From a virus (Duplodnaviria; Heunggongvirae; Uroviricota; Caudoviricetes): a stretch of DNA of 17,028 bases. Every line of letters begins with the position of its first letter. Within the stretch, counting starts at the first letter, position 1. Under the pieces are notes generated by a model. It saw only the letters and a program-made list of their open reading frames with translations, had not been told where the DNA came from and did no database searches. Shown here in pieces: positions 15,874 to 17,028 of the stretch. A program made the translations under genes and the position numbers. Location of the stretch: IMG/VR virus record IMGVR_UViG_3300023174_000135, one strand, 5' to 3'.

Positions 15874-15885
15874 TTTTAATATATA
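15874..15885 (+). promoter_or_regulatory. TTTTAATATATA motif
   Basis: Exact motif 26 nt before ATG 15912. Confidence 0.5.
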
Positions 15886-15911
15886 ATTTAACAAACAAAA
15901 AAATATATTAT

Positions 15912-16307
15912 ATGAAATACATTTTAAATCATCCACTTACTGAACAATCTATCCATGCATTAGACAATCCAGCTGAAACTCATGGTGAAAGAGACGTGAC
16001 TCATACACACCAAGATGTTGAACATTATGCAGGAGCTGGCGAAACTCGCAAAACTCAAAAAGATGCTGAACATCTTCTTTCACAGGCAACTTTTATAGAT
16101 GCTAAATCTAAATCAATTGCAGGACAAAATGATGTTGCTGATGATCCAAATGGACATCGTTTATCTGATATTGCGGAAACTCCAGCTAATGCGCCAGCAA
16201 TTAATACTTTGCATAATGCACCATCTGATGATGCGGCACGTTTAGCAGAAGGTAATGAAGAAGTAAGATCTAAAATCATTAGATTTGCTGATTTCCAAAA
16301 TAAATAA
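15912..16307 (+). CDS. low-complexity, probably disordered protein (131 aa) with tag-like termini
   Basis: Start moved to ATG 15912 (MKYILNHPLTE) because the TTG extension overlaps the promoter motif. Rich in A/D/E/H/T, ends KIIRFADFQNK, and is followed by a terminator. Confidence 0.75.
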   Translation: MKYILNHPLTEQSIHALDNPAETHGERDVTHTHQDVEHYAGAGETRKTQKDAEHLLSQATFIDAKSKSIAGQNDVADDPNGHRLSDIAETPANAPAINTLHNAPSDDAARLAEGNEEVRSKIIRFADFQNK

Positions 16308-16328
16308 TTAATTTTTTTTACCAATATA

Positions 16329-16360
16329 AAAAACCCAATCTTTTGAAAGATTGGGTTTTT
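16329..16360. terminator. Rho-independent terminator, probably bidirectional
   Basis: AAAAACCCAATCTTT-TG-AAAGATTGGGTTTTT: 15-bp arms with A/T tracts on both sides, 21 nt after the stop at 16307. Confidence 0.85.
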
Positions 16361-16387
16361 ATTTAAGAAAAAAAAATATGATAAAGT

Positions 16388-16419
16388 TTTGTTAAAGTCA
16401 TTTTTAAGTATTATATTTG
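16388..16419 (+). promoter_or_regulatory. Bacteroidota-type promoter
   Basis: TTTG(16388-16391)-N20-TATATTTG(16412-16419), 28 nt before ATG 16448. Confidence 0.65.
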
Positions 16420-16447
16420 TAAAATAGAATTAAAGTTAAAAAAAAAT

Positions 16448-17028
16448 ATGGCTTACGTTAGAAAAACAAAAGATGTCCACATCTCTCCAAAATTATTAGA
16501 AGTTTTAAACAGAATTGCAAATAAATCCGAAATTGCAAAAAAATTATTAAAAACAAAAATTTCAAAAGAAGATTTAGTTGATGAACCAGTAGATTATTTG
16601 ACTATCTCTAAAAAAGATCCGTCTAAAATTTCTTATGCTTATCCGGAAAAATTAGCAAAAATTGAAAATCCAGATGACTACTGGACATTTAAAGGCAGAG
16701 TTGAAGCAAAGCCAGCTTCAGCTATTAAAAAGGTTTTAAAAGATGTAACAGAAAAAGAATTGGATATTTTCACATCTGCTTTTAAAGCAGCTACTGCTCA
16801 AAAAGATTTTTATTTTGATGTAGTAGAAGGAACTGATATTAAAAAATACTATAATCAAGAAACGTATGCATATGATAAATATGGAAGTTTAACTAATTCA
16901 TGTATGAAATATGGAAATTGTGAAAATTATTTCCCTATATATACAGACAATCCAGAAATTTGTAAAATGTTAGTTATGTTTGATAACGATAAACGAATTC
17001 TTGGTAGAGCTATTTTATGGAATAAAGC
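16448..17028 (+). CDS. hypothetical protein, 3'-truncated by the window edge (>193 aa), absent from the supplied ORF track
   Basis: Manual translation MAYVRKTKDVHISPKLLEVL...GSLTNSCMKYGNCENYFPIYTDNPEICKMLV...ILGRAILWNK is open to the window end and has its own promoter after a terminator. Confidence 0.85.
   Translation, partial: MAYVRKTKDVHISPKLLEVLNRIANKSEIAKKLLKTKISKEDLVDEPVDYLTISKKDPSKISYAYPEKLAKIENPDDYWTFKGRVEAKPASAIKKVLKDVTEKELDIFTSAFKAATAQKDFYFDVVEGTDIKKYYNQETYAYDKYGSLTNSCMKYGNCENYFPIYTDNPEICKMLVMFDNDKRILGRAILWNK

Noticed and set aside
16055-16324. Minus-strand 89-aa ORF
   Set aside because: Antisense to the 131-aa gene, which has the promoter motif and terminator.
1-17028. Stop-codon reassignment (TAG or TGA), as in some large phages
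   Set aside because: Conserved genes (nadV, apt, rpe, gltX, ligase) are uninterrupted in table 11. TAG and TGA end genes at expected C-termini, and two TAG stops are followed directly by TAA.
1-17028. Cellular chromosome of an AT-rich bacterium, or a eukaryotic giant virus
   Set aside because: Housekeeping-like genes are isolated among homing endonucleases and small hypotheticals without their usual operons. Bacterial promoters, terminators and coupled genes argue against a eukaryotic virus. Not formally excluded, as no hallmark virion gene is in the window.
1-17028. tRNA, rRNA, riboswitch or CRISPR array
   Set aside because: Intergenic gaps are at most ~140 nt and are explained by promoters and hairpins. 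No cloverleaf or repeat-spacer periodicity was seen by eye.

Overview
Very AT-rich, densely coding 17-kb segment, best read as part of a large (jumbo-type) phage infecting a Bacteroidota host. This is an inference from motifs, and no capsid, terminase or polymerase gene is in view. It carries intact-looking metabolic and translation genes (Nampt/NadV-family PRTase, Apt, Rpe, GltX), an RNA ligase transcribed divergently from an uncharacterised Pol-beta-like nucleotidyltransferase, a cyclic-phosphate-processing receiver-like protein, a GT25 glycosyltransferase, a GNAT, a partial DNA methyltransferase, three free-standing homing endonucleases, a T5orf172-type GIY-YIG protein and many small hypotheticals. 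Two upstream motif classes split the genes. Bacteroidota housekeeping-type promoters (TTTG-N18-20-TAnnTTTG) precede the metabolic and repair genes. A TAATATATA/TTTATATATA motif precedes the homing endonucleases and a set of proteins with an N-terminal MKxIKx(F/Y)Ex(F/Y)-like tag resembling T4 capsid-targeting sequences. The code is standard table 11. No tRNA, rRNA, CRISPR array or intron was recognised. All calls are by-eye motif recognition, with no database searches run.
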